Positions 17,721-26,885 of a stretch of 32,000 nt of DNA are shown in pieces. This stretch comes from Desulfotalea psychrophila LSv54. Its GTDB lineage: Bacteria > Desulfobacterota > Desulfobulbia > Desulfobulbales > Desulfocapsaceae. The position numbers were made by a program, and so were the translations under genes. The notes beneath the pieces are model-generated. The model worked only from the letters and a program-made list of their open reading frames with translations, had not been told where the DNA came from and searched no databases. Where the stretch lies: contig NC_006138.1 in NCBI RefSeq assembly GCF_000025945.1, positions 1,800,001 to 1,832,000 on the forward strand, written 5' to 3'. How positions within the stretch are numbered: position 1 is the first letter of the stretch; each line of letters begins with the position of its first letter.

Positions 17721-18146
17721 ATGACATCTGTGAAAGAGAGAGTAGCCGCTCCAAGCGTTAATTTTGAAAAGATTCTTTTTTTTCCGGAGGGTATTCCCGG
17801 ATTTGAGGATTTTAAAGAGTATCGGATTTTTCATAAAGAGACAAATGGTCTTGCCATCTATTGGCTGGAGTCCTGTGATGATGCAGCGGTTACCTTTACC
17901 CTGGTCGCGCCTGATCATTACGGTCTGCACTATGATTTCAATCTCAGTGACGAGGAGCAGACTCTGCTCCAAGCAGAAGAGCCCATGCAACTTGCCATCT
18001 TTCTTATTGTCAGTAAGGGAGAGGGCCAATATGCGGGACTCAATGCAAATATTAGTGGGCCAATTGTTATTAATGTTCAGAGGCAGAGGGCTCTGCAAAA
18101 GGTGCTGCAACAGTCGCGCGTTTTGACTACGATTATTGACCAGTAG
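17721..18146 (+). CDS. fliW: Flagellar assembly factor FliW
   Basis: 141 aa; 'ILFFPEGIPGFEDFKEYRIFHKE...WLESCDDAAVTFTLVAPDHYGLHYDFNL..EEQTLL', 'GLNANISGPIVINVQRQRALQKVL'. SD AGGAG upstream. Confidence 0.93.
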   Translation: MTSVKERVAAPSVNFEKILFFPEGIPGFEDFKEYRIFHKETNGLAIYWLESCDDAAVTFTLVAPDHYGLHYDFNLSDEEQTLLQAEEPMQLAIFLIVSKGEGQYAGLNANISGPIVINVQRQRALQKVLQQSRVLTTIIDQ

Positions 18147-18154
18147 GATTTCTG

Positions 18155-18186
18155 TTGGACCTTGTCCCCGTTAGGACAAGGTCCAA
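18155..18186. other. Perfect 13-bp-stem hairpin between convergent fliW and the 550-aa gene
   Basis: TTGGACCTTGTCC-CCGTTA-GGACAAGGTCCAA; no T-tract on either side. Confidence 0.85.
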
Positions 18187-18191
18187 TGGCT

Positions 18192-19844
18192 CTAGAGGTC
18201 AGCCCCTTGGAGTGCGTTGCGGCAGGCGGCGGCAAAATCTTCTGGATAGTGGCCATTGATAAAACGCATCTGGGCCTCACTGAAGGCACCGGGAGATTCC
18301 GGCAATCTCGGCAGAAGGGCATAGATAATAGGTTGGTTGCGCCCCTGACCGATGGCCTTGGAATATTCAATGGAGGTGACCATTTTGGCCCCGAGACGGG
18401 CCAGCGCCTTCTGGGCCGTGAGGATCCCCGTATCAAGGGCATCCCTTGTCTTTTCATCTGCTTCGAGGATATTGCCGACAAATCTAGCGTTCGCATCGGG
18501 GCGGGTCATGACCTGCAGCTCCCACTGGGATGTCTGAGCCTTGGGTACAAAGAGCACGGCCCATTCGTTGCTCCAGATAACAAGGTCTGTCTCAAGATCG
18601 TCCCGCCCATCCAGTCGTTTATTCTCCTCAATAGCCTGCAGATAATCAGAAAAATAATCCCGCTGATACAACTCATGGTAGGCATCGATGATCGGGGCAA
18701 TCAGATCTCCACAGGCATAGGACTCAAGCTCCTCAGCGGCTAACTGTTCAAAGCCTGTATAGGCGGTGACCTGTCGGGGGATCATTGCATACTGCTGGTG
18801 GATCTGTTGGTGGGAGGCGTGCAGGCGGTAGGCGCTTGGGGCGTAGTCAAAGCCAAAGTTCCAGCCCCAGAGGCTGGTCTTGCTCTTTAGAGTCGAGGGC
18901 GTGTCCATATTTTGTAATATTTGTAGACGTAACGCCTCTATTTCTTCCCCTGTCATCAGGGCCGCGCCTTCAGTCAGGCTTAGATCAAGCTCACTGCCAA
19001 GGCGAATAAAACTGCGTTGGTAGTAGAGACGGCGCAGGCCCCTTATATCCGCTCCCGAGAAATCCTTCATCTCATAACGGATGGCATCCTCGGCCATATT
19101 GGCGGCATAGTGTCCGCCGGGGATATAGGAGTTTGTCCGCAGATACTCGTAGGCGTGACTCTCCCCTTCCCGCCATTCCCCTGTGATGGGGCTTGCCCCC
19201 TGGGCTCCCGGGCGAATGACCATGGCAATCTTATAGGCAGCGGGTAGATGGATATTGTTGGCCACGGCCTCCAAGAGGAGCTTGTTATGGATCTTAGCGC
19301 GTATCCTCCCTCCAGCCTCTTCTCCGTAGACAAGGCCGATTGGTGTATTACCCTCAAATATCATCTCGCATGAAATATGGGCCAGCTCGATCAGATCCCG
19401 TGGGTCTGTACTGGTGGTGGCCAGGGCCAGTTGCAACGGTGCCGGCAGGGCAGCTATGAGCGTTTTCTCAATACCACATTCTGTTAGGGTGCGGTGTAGG
19501 GAAACGGCCTTGGCTGCGGGTAGGTGGAAACGTTTAGGGCTTTCTGCGCTGGCATCTGCCCATCGTTTGTTGATATAGGTGACGCCCTTAAAGGGGAGGG
19601 GATTGGCTATTTCAAAGACCCAATCACTATCCTCAGCTACGACATCACCGTTGGGAAGATTTATCTCGTTATATACAGCCCCACCTTCTTCGCTCCTGCC
19701 CAGAAAGGCCTTTTGGCTGTCTATTCGTCTGTTTGCCACGCTATAGCTTGGCTTGTGAATTCCGTAAATAAATGTGCCACCCGGACGTACGCAGGTGGAT
19801 ATCTTTTTATCGTTCATCTCTGATATCCTTATGGCAGCCTTCAA
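18192..19844 (-). CDS. Uncharacterised conserved-looking soluble protein, 550 aa
   Basis: Long ORF without close recognisable family; 'NSYIPGGHYAANMAEDAIRYEM', 'RRLYYQRSFIRLGSELD' and 'VIWSNEWAVLFVPKAQTSQWELQVMTRPDANARFV'. Antisense ORFs are shorter and low-complexity. SD/ATG choice uncertain. Confidence 0.75.
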   Translation of the reverse strand: MKAAIRISEMNDKKISTCVRPGGTFIYGIHKPSYSVANRRIDSQKAFLGRSEEGGAVYNEINLPNGDVVAEDSDWVFEIANPLPFKGVTYINKRWADASAESPKRFHLPAAKAVSLHRTLTECGIEKTLIAALPAPLQLALATTSTDPRDLIELAHISCEMIFEGNTPIGLVYGEEAGGRIRAKIHNKLLLEAVANNIHLPAAYKIAMVIRPGAQGASPITGEWREGESHAYEYLRTNSYIPGGHYAANMAEDAIRYEMKDFSGADIRGLRRLYYQRSFIRLGSELDLSLTEGAALMTGEEIEALRLQILQNMDTPSTLKSKTSLWGWNFGFDYAPSAYRLHASHQQIHQQYAMIPRQVTAYTGFEQLAAEELESYACGDLIAPIIDAYHELYQRDYFSDYLQAIEENKRLDGRDDLETDLVIWSNEWAVLFVPKAQTSQWELQVMTRPDANARFVGNILEADEKTRDALDTGILTAQKALARLGAKMVTSIEYSKAIGQGRNQPIIYALLPRLPESPGAFSEAQMRFINGHYPEDFAAACRNALQGADL

Positions 19845-19881
19845 TTCTCAAGCCACCCTCTGTTTATAGATGTCAGCCATC

Positions 19882-20739
19882 CTATTTCTTATCCTTCCAC
19901 ATGGCAAGGGCCTGCTGGTATACCTGAGAACGGGAGAGGCCAAGGTCCGATGCCAGTTTTCTGGTGGCATCTTTAAGGGAGAGTTCGGAATTGTCGCGGT
20001 ACCAGACAAGCATCTCTTCAATGTCTTCCCCCGTCGCCTGTTCCTGCTTTTCCGGGTGGATGACGATGACAAATTCACCGCGTACCCTCTGATCCTGAGT
20101 TTTTTGGTAGAGAATCGAGAGGCGATCGCACTGTAGTTCCTCGTAGGCCTTGGTCAGTTCCCTTGCCCAAAAGGCCTCTCTGTCGCCCAGTATATCCAGG
20201 GCATCGGCCAGCAGGTCATCAACCCGGTGTGGGGATTCATAGAAAACAACGGAGTAATCAGAATCCTTTATGGAGGAGATAAGCTTTCGGCGCTGGCCGC
20301 CCTTTGATGGGGCAAATCCCAGGAATAGAAATCCTGAATCGGTGATTCCTGAAGCGGAAAGGGCGGTGGTGAGAGCAGATGCGCCAGGTAGAGGCACAAC
20401 GGTGATGCCTGCCAGATGGGCCTTTCCTACCAAAACGGCCCCGGGATCAGAGATGCCAGGTGTGCCTGCATCGCTGATCAGGGCAATATTTTCCCCTCTT
20501 TGCAGTCTGCCAATCAACTCCTCGCTGCGTTCGTTTTCACGCTCGCGGTAGTAGCTGATAAGGTGGGTGGATATTTCAAAGTGGTTGAGAAGTCTCTTGC
20601 TATGCCTGGTATCTTCTGCGGCAATAAGATCGACTTCTCCCAGGATACGGAGAGCGCGCAGGGTGATATCTTCCAGATTGCCAATGGGTGTTGGCACAAT
20701 ATATAGGGTGCCAACACTCTTCTTCAGTTCTTGTGTCAT
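19882..20739 (-). CDS. rsmI: 16S rRNA (cytidine(1402)-2'-O)-methyltransferase
   Basis: 285 aa; 'LYIVPTPIGNLEDITLRALRIL..VDLIAAEDTRHSKRLLNHF', 'LISDAGTPGISDPG', 'PGASALTTALSASG', 'FYESPHR'. Confidence 0.95.
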   Translation of the reverse strand: MTQELKKSVGTLYIVPTPIGNLEDITLRALRILGEVDLIAAEDTRHSKRLLNHFEISTHLISYYRERENERSEELIGRLQRGENIALISDAGTPGISDPGAVLVGKAHLAGITVVPLPGASALTTALSASGITDSGFLFLGFAPSKGGQRRKLISSIKDSDYSVVFYESPHRVDDLLADALDILGDREAFWARELTKAYEELQCDRLSILYQKTQDQRVRGEFVIVIHPEKQEQATGEDIEEMLVWYRDNSELSLKDATRKLASDLGLSRSQVYQQALAMWKDKK

Positions 20740-20779
20740 GGTCTCTTCTATGGGGGCTAAAATAGCGGTAAAATATTTA

Positions 20780-20958
20780 GGGCCTGTCAGAAAATAACAT
20801 GAACATCTTGCAACTCAGCTTCGGGCCATCTTCGATCGTTTCTCAATCGCAAAATCCTCGATGTAGCCCTGCTACGTCTGTGGTTTTGTTCAATCGGCGC
20901 GACCAAATCTGACGCAAACCTGAGCGAAATTTTGACCATCTTATTTTGTAACAGATCC
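20780..20958. repeat. 179-bp end-to-end imperfect palindrome (MITE/REP-like or structured RNA element)
   Basis: Two 88-nt arms (20780-20867 and 20871-20958) around a CCT loop; ungapped reverse-complement comparison by hand gives about 51/88 identities, strongest at the centre and at both ends (ends TTAG-GGCCTGTCAGAAAATAA ... TTATTTTGTAACAGATCC-TTAG). Confidence 0.75.
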
Positions 20959-20974
20959 TTAGTTTCTCTGCCCC

Positions 20975-22762
20975 CTATCTAGCAATAATTGGAAAATTTC
21001 GCACGGAAATAGCAGGGCGAATTTTTTCCAGAAGAGGTTTTGCCAGTACTGCACTATCAATTTGATAGCCCCAATTTTTTATACCATATCCGCTTAAGTC
21101 CAGGAGTCTCTCTGCTAAACGCTCTCCATTATCGCTCTCCTGGTCGTAGGAAAAAAGGACGGCAATATAGTTGAAAAGAGGTCTGCTTTCAGGTCTTGCC
21201 AGCCAGGCCTTGAGGCACTTCTGCTGCTCATCGGTGCGGGCATCAATAATAATATAGTCAAAGTATGTCAGGAGACTTGCCGTCTTGGCCAGAGATCTCT
21301 CTTTCATCTGGGCCGGGCTGATGATGACTCCGATATCAAGAAATGGTTGCCACTGTTGAAATGCCTCAACTCCCCGCAGGAGGGTGTTTGTGGGTTTTTT
21401 ACTCAGGAGCTGTTGACGGAATTTTCTGCTGCTGTTCGGATTCCATGGCCTCTTGATTTCGTTGCCTGTGATTTTAATTGGTTTTGTCGTGCCTGCCAGT
21501 ATCTCTTCTACGGCCGCATGGTTTTCCACAATAAGACCATCGACAAAGCTATTCTTTCCCATATCTGAGAAGAGGCGAGTCAGTTTCTGCGGGCTATCAG
21601 CTTTAAAAAGAGGAGCATCAAGCGAGAGAACAGTCGCGACCCCTGTCCGGGCCCTTGTATACCAAGAGAGGCGGGTGAGCTTATTAAGAAAGAGAGGGTA
21701 TGTCTGGTTGGTAAAGAGTGCCTCTTTGCCCCTTGGTGTTTGGACAAGCGGTGCGAGGACAACCGCGCTGGGTTTTAAGGACTTGTCCCTGTCCAAAAAG
21801 GCACTGTACAGAGGTTCTTTAGGGTCTGTTGTATCAATTATCTCCTCTGTTGGGGCGATAATAAATCGTCTGAGAGGTTGGCTTTGGCTAACGAGCATTT
21901 CCTCTCGGAGAATTTCCGTCAGCGGGTTGGCCACCGGGTAGTACCTGGGCACTGCATTAAGTTGGGATATATTGGCTTGAGGCAGATCATCTAAGGTAAG
22001 GGCTATCTTCATGCCAAGGTCTGCCGCCACATTTTGGCAGAGGGTATTATAGTTGCCAAAGGGCCAGACCATGACTCTGGGTTTTTTCCCTGTGTACTTG
22101 GCTATAAGGTAGCTATTCTTTTTAAGATCATCATAGATGCGCTGTCGCATCTCTTTATCTGTCTCTTTTTGCCCTGTTGCGACCTCGTATTGATGGGCGA
22201 TGGCTGCGGGTATTTTGCTGCCGTATGCATCTGCTATAATTTCTTTATGCAGACCATAGGAGTGGGAGGCAAGTTCCACTAAATTGGATGCACTGATTTC
22301 CTGGATCTGTTCCCAGCTGAGAAAGCGACTCCGGGCAAGGGTGGTGGCCCCGTACTCTACCCTTTCATTTGGGCTTGCCGAGAGCCATTCGCCCACAAGA
22401 GCCAGGACAGCAGGATACTTATAGGCCTTGAGTAGTGGCAGTACATGGGTGTAAAAACTTACATAGCCATCATCCCAGGAGAGCAACACCGCCTTGGCAG
22501 GCAGTTTCTTGGTGCCTCTTTGGGCCGCAAGAAGATCGTCAACGCTGATCGGATGATAGTCGTTTGCCTTTAACCATTCAAAATGATTAATTAAGGTGTC
22601 TATCGTCACCGTATCCGATGTTAGCTGGTCGCGGCTATCGACCACATCATGATAGGAGATAGAGTAGAATGTCTGCTCCTCAGCGTGTGCCCAGCTGGAG
22701 GAAGCCCATAACAGGGCAAAACAGAAGAAAAAAAGTTTTTTGAGATAATTAGAATTTCGCAT
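20975..22762 (-). CDS. pgaB: Poly-beta-1,6-N-acetyl-D-glucosamine N-deacetylase PgaB
   Basis: 595 aa; signal peptide, 'FYSISYHDVVD', NodB motif 'AVLLSWDDGYVSFYTHVLPLLKAYKYPAVLALVG', 'ELASHSYGLHKE', 'PRVMVWPFGNYN'. Confidence 0.9.
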   Translation of the reverse strand: MRNSNYLKKLFFFCFALLWASSSWAHAEEQTFYSISYHDVVDSRDQLTSDTVTIDTLINHFEWLKANDYHPISVDDLLAAQRGTKKLPAKAVLLSWDDGYVSFYTHVLPLLKAYKYPAVLALVGEWLSASPNERVEYGATTLARSRFLSWEQIQEISASNLVELASHSYGLHKEIIADAYGSKIPAAIAHQYEVATGQKETDKEMRQRIYDDLKKNSYLIAKYTGKKPRVMVWPFGNYNTLCQNVAADLGMKIALTLDDLPQANISQLNAVPRYYPVANPLTEILREEMLVSQSQPLRRFIIAPTEEIIDTTDPKEPLYSAFLDRDKSLKPSAVVLAPLVQTPRGKEALFTNQTYPLFLNKLTRLSWYTRARTGVATVLSLDAPLFKADSPQKLTRLFSDMGKNSFVDGLIVENHAAVEEILAGTTKPIKITGNEIKRPWNPNSSRKFRQQLLSKKPTNTLLRGVEAFQQWQPFLDIGVIISPAQMKERSLAKTASLLTYFDYIIIDARTDEQQKCLKAWLARPESRPLFNYIAVLFSYDQESDNGERLAERLLDLSGYGIKNWGYQIDSAVLAKPLLEKIRPAISVRNFPIIAR

Positions 22763-25196
22763 GGATCATCGCATTTATACTGTAATTGGGTTCGTCTTCA
22801 CCGTCGTATCTGTTCTGTCCGTATTCTGCACCAACGACAGCCTGCCAAAGTGGGTAAAAGGTATAACGGTACTCGTAGCGAAGATGGCCAATGGCACCCG
22901 TTGAGAACTCTTTTTGCTGATACATTCCCAGCGAAGCTTCAAAAACCTGGACACCACTTTTATCATAGTGACGATGGAGGAGATGTTCTGCCCGAAAGGT
23001 AAGATTACCTGTGAAATCCTGTTTTGGATTAAAGTAGGGGGCATCATCACCTTCACTGTTGGTACTGGCGTCGAGATCAAGGATAAGATCAAGGTCGAAT
23101 CTGGGTTTGTCAACTATGCGTTGGGTAAGTGCTATTCCTGTCTCCCATCTATTGTTGCTGTCGCTGAAAAAGCCGGCTGACAGGAAGTAATCCAAGCGCC
23201 TGCTCTCGTTCCAGCGATAGGAACCAAAACCTCTTACCTTGTCATAGGTGATATTATTATGCAGGGCGCGAAGCGGGGTGTCGTCTGCAAAGAGTTCACC
23301 TTCTATATTCCAGGCCCAATGATCGTCCGGGGTCAGGCCGAGGCGAAGGTGACCACCCGCCCTGTTGACGGTGGAGAAATTATATTTAACCAAGGCCAGC
23401 ATGTTCTTATATTGATCTTGATATCTTACCCCTGTTCCCAGCCGGGTAAAACTTTCCTCTCCTCCAATGATTTCACCCCAGGAATATTTGCCTATCGCCG
23501 TGATGTTCCAGTGGGTGTCAAGGGGGACGCTTATGAACTCCGCCGATGCATCCAGGTAATCACCTGAAATAACTGGTCCTTTGCTGTGTCCCCAGGTTGC
23601 CTCTGCCCAGACCATATTGCGGGTCGCCCAGTAGAGTTCTCTGTTCAGATCTTTACTGACATTGTCCTCCGGCATGGTTTCTTGCAGGGTTGTGGCAATC
23701 TCTTCTGCCCTGTCAAATTCGTGGGTGTCGATATAACATTCGGCCTTTCCTGCCAGGGCATATTTGTCCTGAGGGTTCAGGACCAGGGCCTGGTCGTATA
23801 TCTTTTCTGCCCTTCTTGGCCAGCCTCGGAAGCGGGCAACTTCTGCCCGGACCACCTGTAGGCCGCTATTTGCCGGGGCGAAATGGGTCATTGGGCTTAT
23901 GTTGTCCCAAGCCCAGGCCAACTGGTCGCCATAGATACGTGCCTGGATGGCAAGCACCCGGTTGTCAAGATGCTGTTCGTTAGGTCCCGGCTCGTTTGTG
24001 TCTAAAAAGTTTATCCAAGGGGGTTCCTGGCTATTTTCCCGGTCTATGACGGCATAGGCCTTACAAAACTCTTCGTTTTCGATATAGGCATAGAAGAGAG
24101 AGATTTTTGCATCGTAGTTATCCGGTTCCTGGGCAAGGGTTTCCAGGAAGAGCGGGATGGCCCTTTCAGGATGATGCAGCTCCAGTTGAGCCACGCCTGC
24201 TGCCTGATTGGCATATGGGGGTACATCTCCCGTGCTGAGAAGATACTGATGGAGGTATATGCTTGGACAGTAGTAGTGAAGGATATTATAGCTCATCATC
24301 ATGTCAGCGAGGAGTGCTCTTCTGGTGATCTCATTACCCTCTGAGACGAGACTTAAACCATCCATTTGTAGTATAAGGGCTCTGCTTGCCCAGCGAATAG
24401 CCTCTTCTCTGCTGGTTGCAACATCTTCGCACCACTTAAGGAGGACAGCAGCCCGGAGCATGAGCAGGCGTGCCTTTTCATTGCCGTTCGTGGCATATTT
24501 TTCAGGGGACCCGATTGCATAGGGTGCTTTCAGGCTTTCCAGGATCAACCTTTTTCTTTGTTTTGCCTCAGTATTATCTGGATCGAGGGTAAGCACCTGC
24601 TCAATATCGGACAGGGCAGCTAGCCAGTTCTTTTGACTCAGCTGGAGACGAGCGTCAATACTGTACCAGTCCTTGTTTTTAGGATATATTTTTGGATAGA
24701 GGGCTAGGATAGACTGGGCATACTCGGGTCGTTGATTGTCGAGGAGTATTTTGGCCTGACTGAGCAGGCCCTTGGGGTTATGGGGGGCTATTCGCAGCTG
24801 TTTTTCAACGATACTGAGGGCGAGATCATTTTGTCCCAGTCTCCGGCACGATTTGATCACAGCATGCCAAACAAAGTCGGGATAGCCTGCGCTATCTTTT
24901 TTCAGGTAGAGATCTATGGCCCTTTGGTCCTGTTGATCCCAGCTGAGAACGACGATGAGATCATTGTATAGGGGGCGGTCATCGGGGTGTAGCCGGAGTA
25001 AGCGGGTAAGAACCGGGATGTTCTCTTTGGTCTGCCCTGCTCGGGCCTCGACTACTGCCCTTTGCCATTCTGTCCTATCCGCCGGGGAGAGCTGCGCCTG
25101 GCAGGGAGACAGGAACGCAAAAAAGATGGAGAATATGACAAAATATATCTGGGCTAGATATCTTCCTTTGGCTTTTCTTGCTTTGGTATTTTTCAT
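22749..25196 (-). CDS. pgaA: Poly-beta-1,6-GlcNAc export outer membrane protein PgaA (TPR + beta-barrel)
   Basis: 815 aa; signal sequence, TPR-rich N-terminus, C-terminal aromatic-rich barrel ending '...YSINAMIHAKF'; 'HSYDGEPV'-like region, position inside pga cluster. Confidence 0.88.
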   Translation of the reverse strand: MKNTKARKAKGRYLAQIYFVIFSIFFAFLSPCQAQLSPADRTEWQRAVVEARAGQTKENIPVLTRLLRLHPDDRPLYNDLIVVLSWDQQDQRAIDLYLKKDSAGYPDFVWHAVIKSCRRLGQNDLALSIVEKQLRIAPHNPKGLLSQAKILLDNQRPEYAQSILALYPKIYPKNKDWYSIDARLQLSQKNWLAALSDIEQVLTLDPDNTEAKQRKRLILESLKAPYAIGSPEKYATNGNEKARLLMLRAAVLLKWCEDVATSREEAIRWASRALILQMDGLSLVSEGNEITRRALLADMMMSYNILHYYCPSIYLHQYLLSTGDVPPYANQAAGVAQLELHHPERAIPLFLETLAQEPDNYDAKISLFYAYIENEEFCKAYAVIDRENSQEPPWINFLDTNEPGPNEQHLDNRVLAIQARIYGDQLAWAWDNISPMTHFAPANSGLQVVRAEVARFRGWPRRAEKIYDQALVLNPQDKYALAGKAECYIDTHEFDRAEEIATTLQETMPEDNVSKDLNRELYWATRNMVWAEATWGHSKGPVISGDYLDASAEFISVPLDTHWNITAIGKYSWGEIIGGEESFTRLGTGVRYQDQYKNMLALVKYNFSTVNRAGGHLRLGLTPDDHWAWNIEGELFADDTPLRALHNNITYDKVRGFGSYRWNESRRLDYFLSAGFFSDSNNRWETGIALTQRIVDKPRFDLDLILDLDASTNSEGDDAPYFNPKQDFTGNLTFRAEHLLHRHYDKSGVQVFEASLGMYQQKEFSTGAIGHLRYEYRYTFYPLWQAVVGAEYGQNRYDGEDEPNYSINAMIHAKF

Positions 25197-25621
25197 AGCT
25201 CTTCGTATAAGAAAATTTCTTTGTTTTTTCGGATTTCCTGGGCTCGACTGGGATCAATGTGAAAAAATGTTGCCTCTTCTTCTATTATTATGCTGTTGGT
25301 ATGCTGCCTCCTCTCTGATTTCCCGTATCTTCTTAAATTATACTGGGCCCAGATAAGGTAAATGAAGAAAAATACCCCTATAATTATGATATAGTTCAGG
25401 GCGTTGGCAAAAAATATTTCATTTGTTTCGTTTTGAAAGAACAGATCTAAGGTTGTTTGTCCTGTGAGGAATTTTAAAACGACTGTGTAGACGGGAAACC
25501 AGAGGATCATCCATACCAGCCAGCAGAGACCGGTGAACAGGAGGGCAAACCACCGGTAAATTCTTGGCTGTCGTTGGTATGTGTCAACAACAAGCTCCTT
25601 TGGGGTTAAAATATTATTCAT
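25193..25621 (-). CDS. pgaD: PgaD-like small inner-membrane protein (start corrected)
   Basis: 142 aa from internal ATG (MNNILTPKELVVDTYQRQPRIYRWFALLFTGLCWLVWMILW...); two TM segments; 8-nt overlap with pgaC and 4-nt overlap with pgaA. Longer ORF-track version would overlap pgaC by 167 nt. Confidence 0.78.
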   Translation of the reverse strand: MNNILTPKELVVDTYQRQPRIYRWFALLFTGLCWLVWMILWFPVYTVVLKFLTGQTTLDLFFQNETNEIFFANALNYIIIIGVFFFIYLIWAQYNLRRYGKSERRQHTNSIIIEEEATFFHIDPSRAQEIRKNKEIFLYEEL

Positions 25622-26885
25622 TGTGTTCTCCCCTGTCAGGGCTGTCCCAGACAGCAAGTTTTCCCTTTTTGCGAATAATGGCCTTGGGAAGTGCCACCAC
25701 AATTGTAACGGCATTGATAAGCCAATAAATTGCTGGATACCATATGATCCAAAAGTAATAATGAAAAACGTCTTTTTCAAAACGCCGATCTATAAGAAAG
25801 CCTGCCAGGAACTGGATTAAGCAGATAAGAGCGATAAGGGCCCCCGTCCAGGTGGGAACAATTGATTTTATCTGTAGGTAATTTGGTAAATCAACGATCT
25901 GTCCCAGGATGAAGAGGATGGTGATTGTCCAAACACAGTATGCCCATATGGCGCCTGCCATATACTCGATGGCAATGGGAACCATCCTTATATATCGTAT
26001 ATCCCTGAGCATTTTTCCCAGATATCTCAAGAAAACCTCTGCGCCTCCCTGGGCCCAGCGTAACCTCTGCTTATAGAGCCCTGCCAGTGTCTCCGGCATA
26101 AGCACCCAGCAAAGTGCATTGGGCTCGAAGTGGATATTCCAAAATCGCAGCTGTAATTTCCAACTGATATCAACGTCTTCCGTTGCCATATCTGTGTTCC
26201 AGTAGCCGACGTCGTGGAGGGCTGCCTTACGAAAAGCTGCAACTACCCCGGAGACGGTAAATATTTTCCCATAGATACGTTGGGCCCTTTTTATGACGCC
26301 GATGATGGAGGAAAATTCGCCTATTTGAATTTTTCCTATTAATGTGGTTCGATTGCGGACGCGTGGATTGCCTGTTACTGCCCCAACTCTTGGATTCTCT
26401 AAAAATTGTTTTATAAGCCAGTGCAGGCAGTTGGGGTCAAGAACTGCATCTCCATCAATACAGACAAGAAATTCAGCGGAGGCGGCGAGAGAGCCCCAGC
26501 GCATGGCAGTGGCCTTACCCTGATTTTCTTTGAGGTAAATGGCCCTGACCTGTGGATAGGTATTGACAAGATGTTTGATCTGCTCTGCCGTGTTGTCTGT
26601 ACTGCCATCGTCTACAAGAATAATTTCATAGGAGGGATAGTTGAGCTTTGTTAAAAATCCTGTCGTTTCAACGATGTGCTTGCCCTCATTATAGCAGGGG
26701 ACAATGATTGAAACAAATGGATATTCTGTTAACTCGGGGGTGCGGGTATGGTCCAAGTCCTCTTTTTTTTCCCAATGAAAATAGTAGTATATTGCACCTA
26801 GGACCCATATTGGAGACATTATGCATGGGTAGAAGAGAACAAAATCAAAAAGGAATCTGACGACATCTTGTAGTATTTTGTCCAT
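25614..26885 (-). CDS. pgaC: Poly-beta-1,6-N-acetylglucosamine synthase, GT2 family
   Basis: 423 aa; 'VSIIVPCYNEGKHI', 'ILVDDGSTDNT', 'CIDGDAVLDPN', 'MATEDVDISWKLQ', 'KQRLRWAQGG' (Q/RxxRW). Confidence 0.93.
   Translation of the reverse strand: MDKILQDVVRFLFDFVLFYPCIMSPIWVLGAIYYYFHWEKKEDLDHTRTPELTEYPFVSIIVPCYNEGKHIVETTGFLTKLNYPSYEIILVDDGSTDNTAEQIKHLVNTYPQVRAIYLKENQGKATAMRWGSLAASAEFLVCIDGDAVLDPNCLHWLIKQFLENPRVGAVTGNPRVRNRTTLIGKIQIGEFSSIIGVIKRAQRIYGKIFTVSGVVAAFRKAALHDVGYWNTDMATEDVDISWKLQLRFWNIHFEPNALCWVLMPETLAGLYKQRLRWAQGGAEVFLRYLGKMLRDIRYIRMVPIAIEYMAGAIWAYCVWTITILFILGQIVDLPNYLQIKSIVPTWTGALIALICLIQFLAGFLIDRRFEKDVFHYYFWIIWYPAIYWLINAVTIVVALPKAIIRKKGKLAVWDSPDRGEHNE

Noticed and set aside
18162-18743. 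193-aa plus-strand ORF downstream of fliW
   Set aside because: Antisense to the 550-aa CDS; reads through the hairpin; composition typical of reverse-strand shadow.
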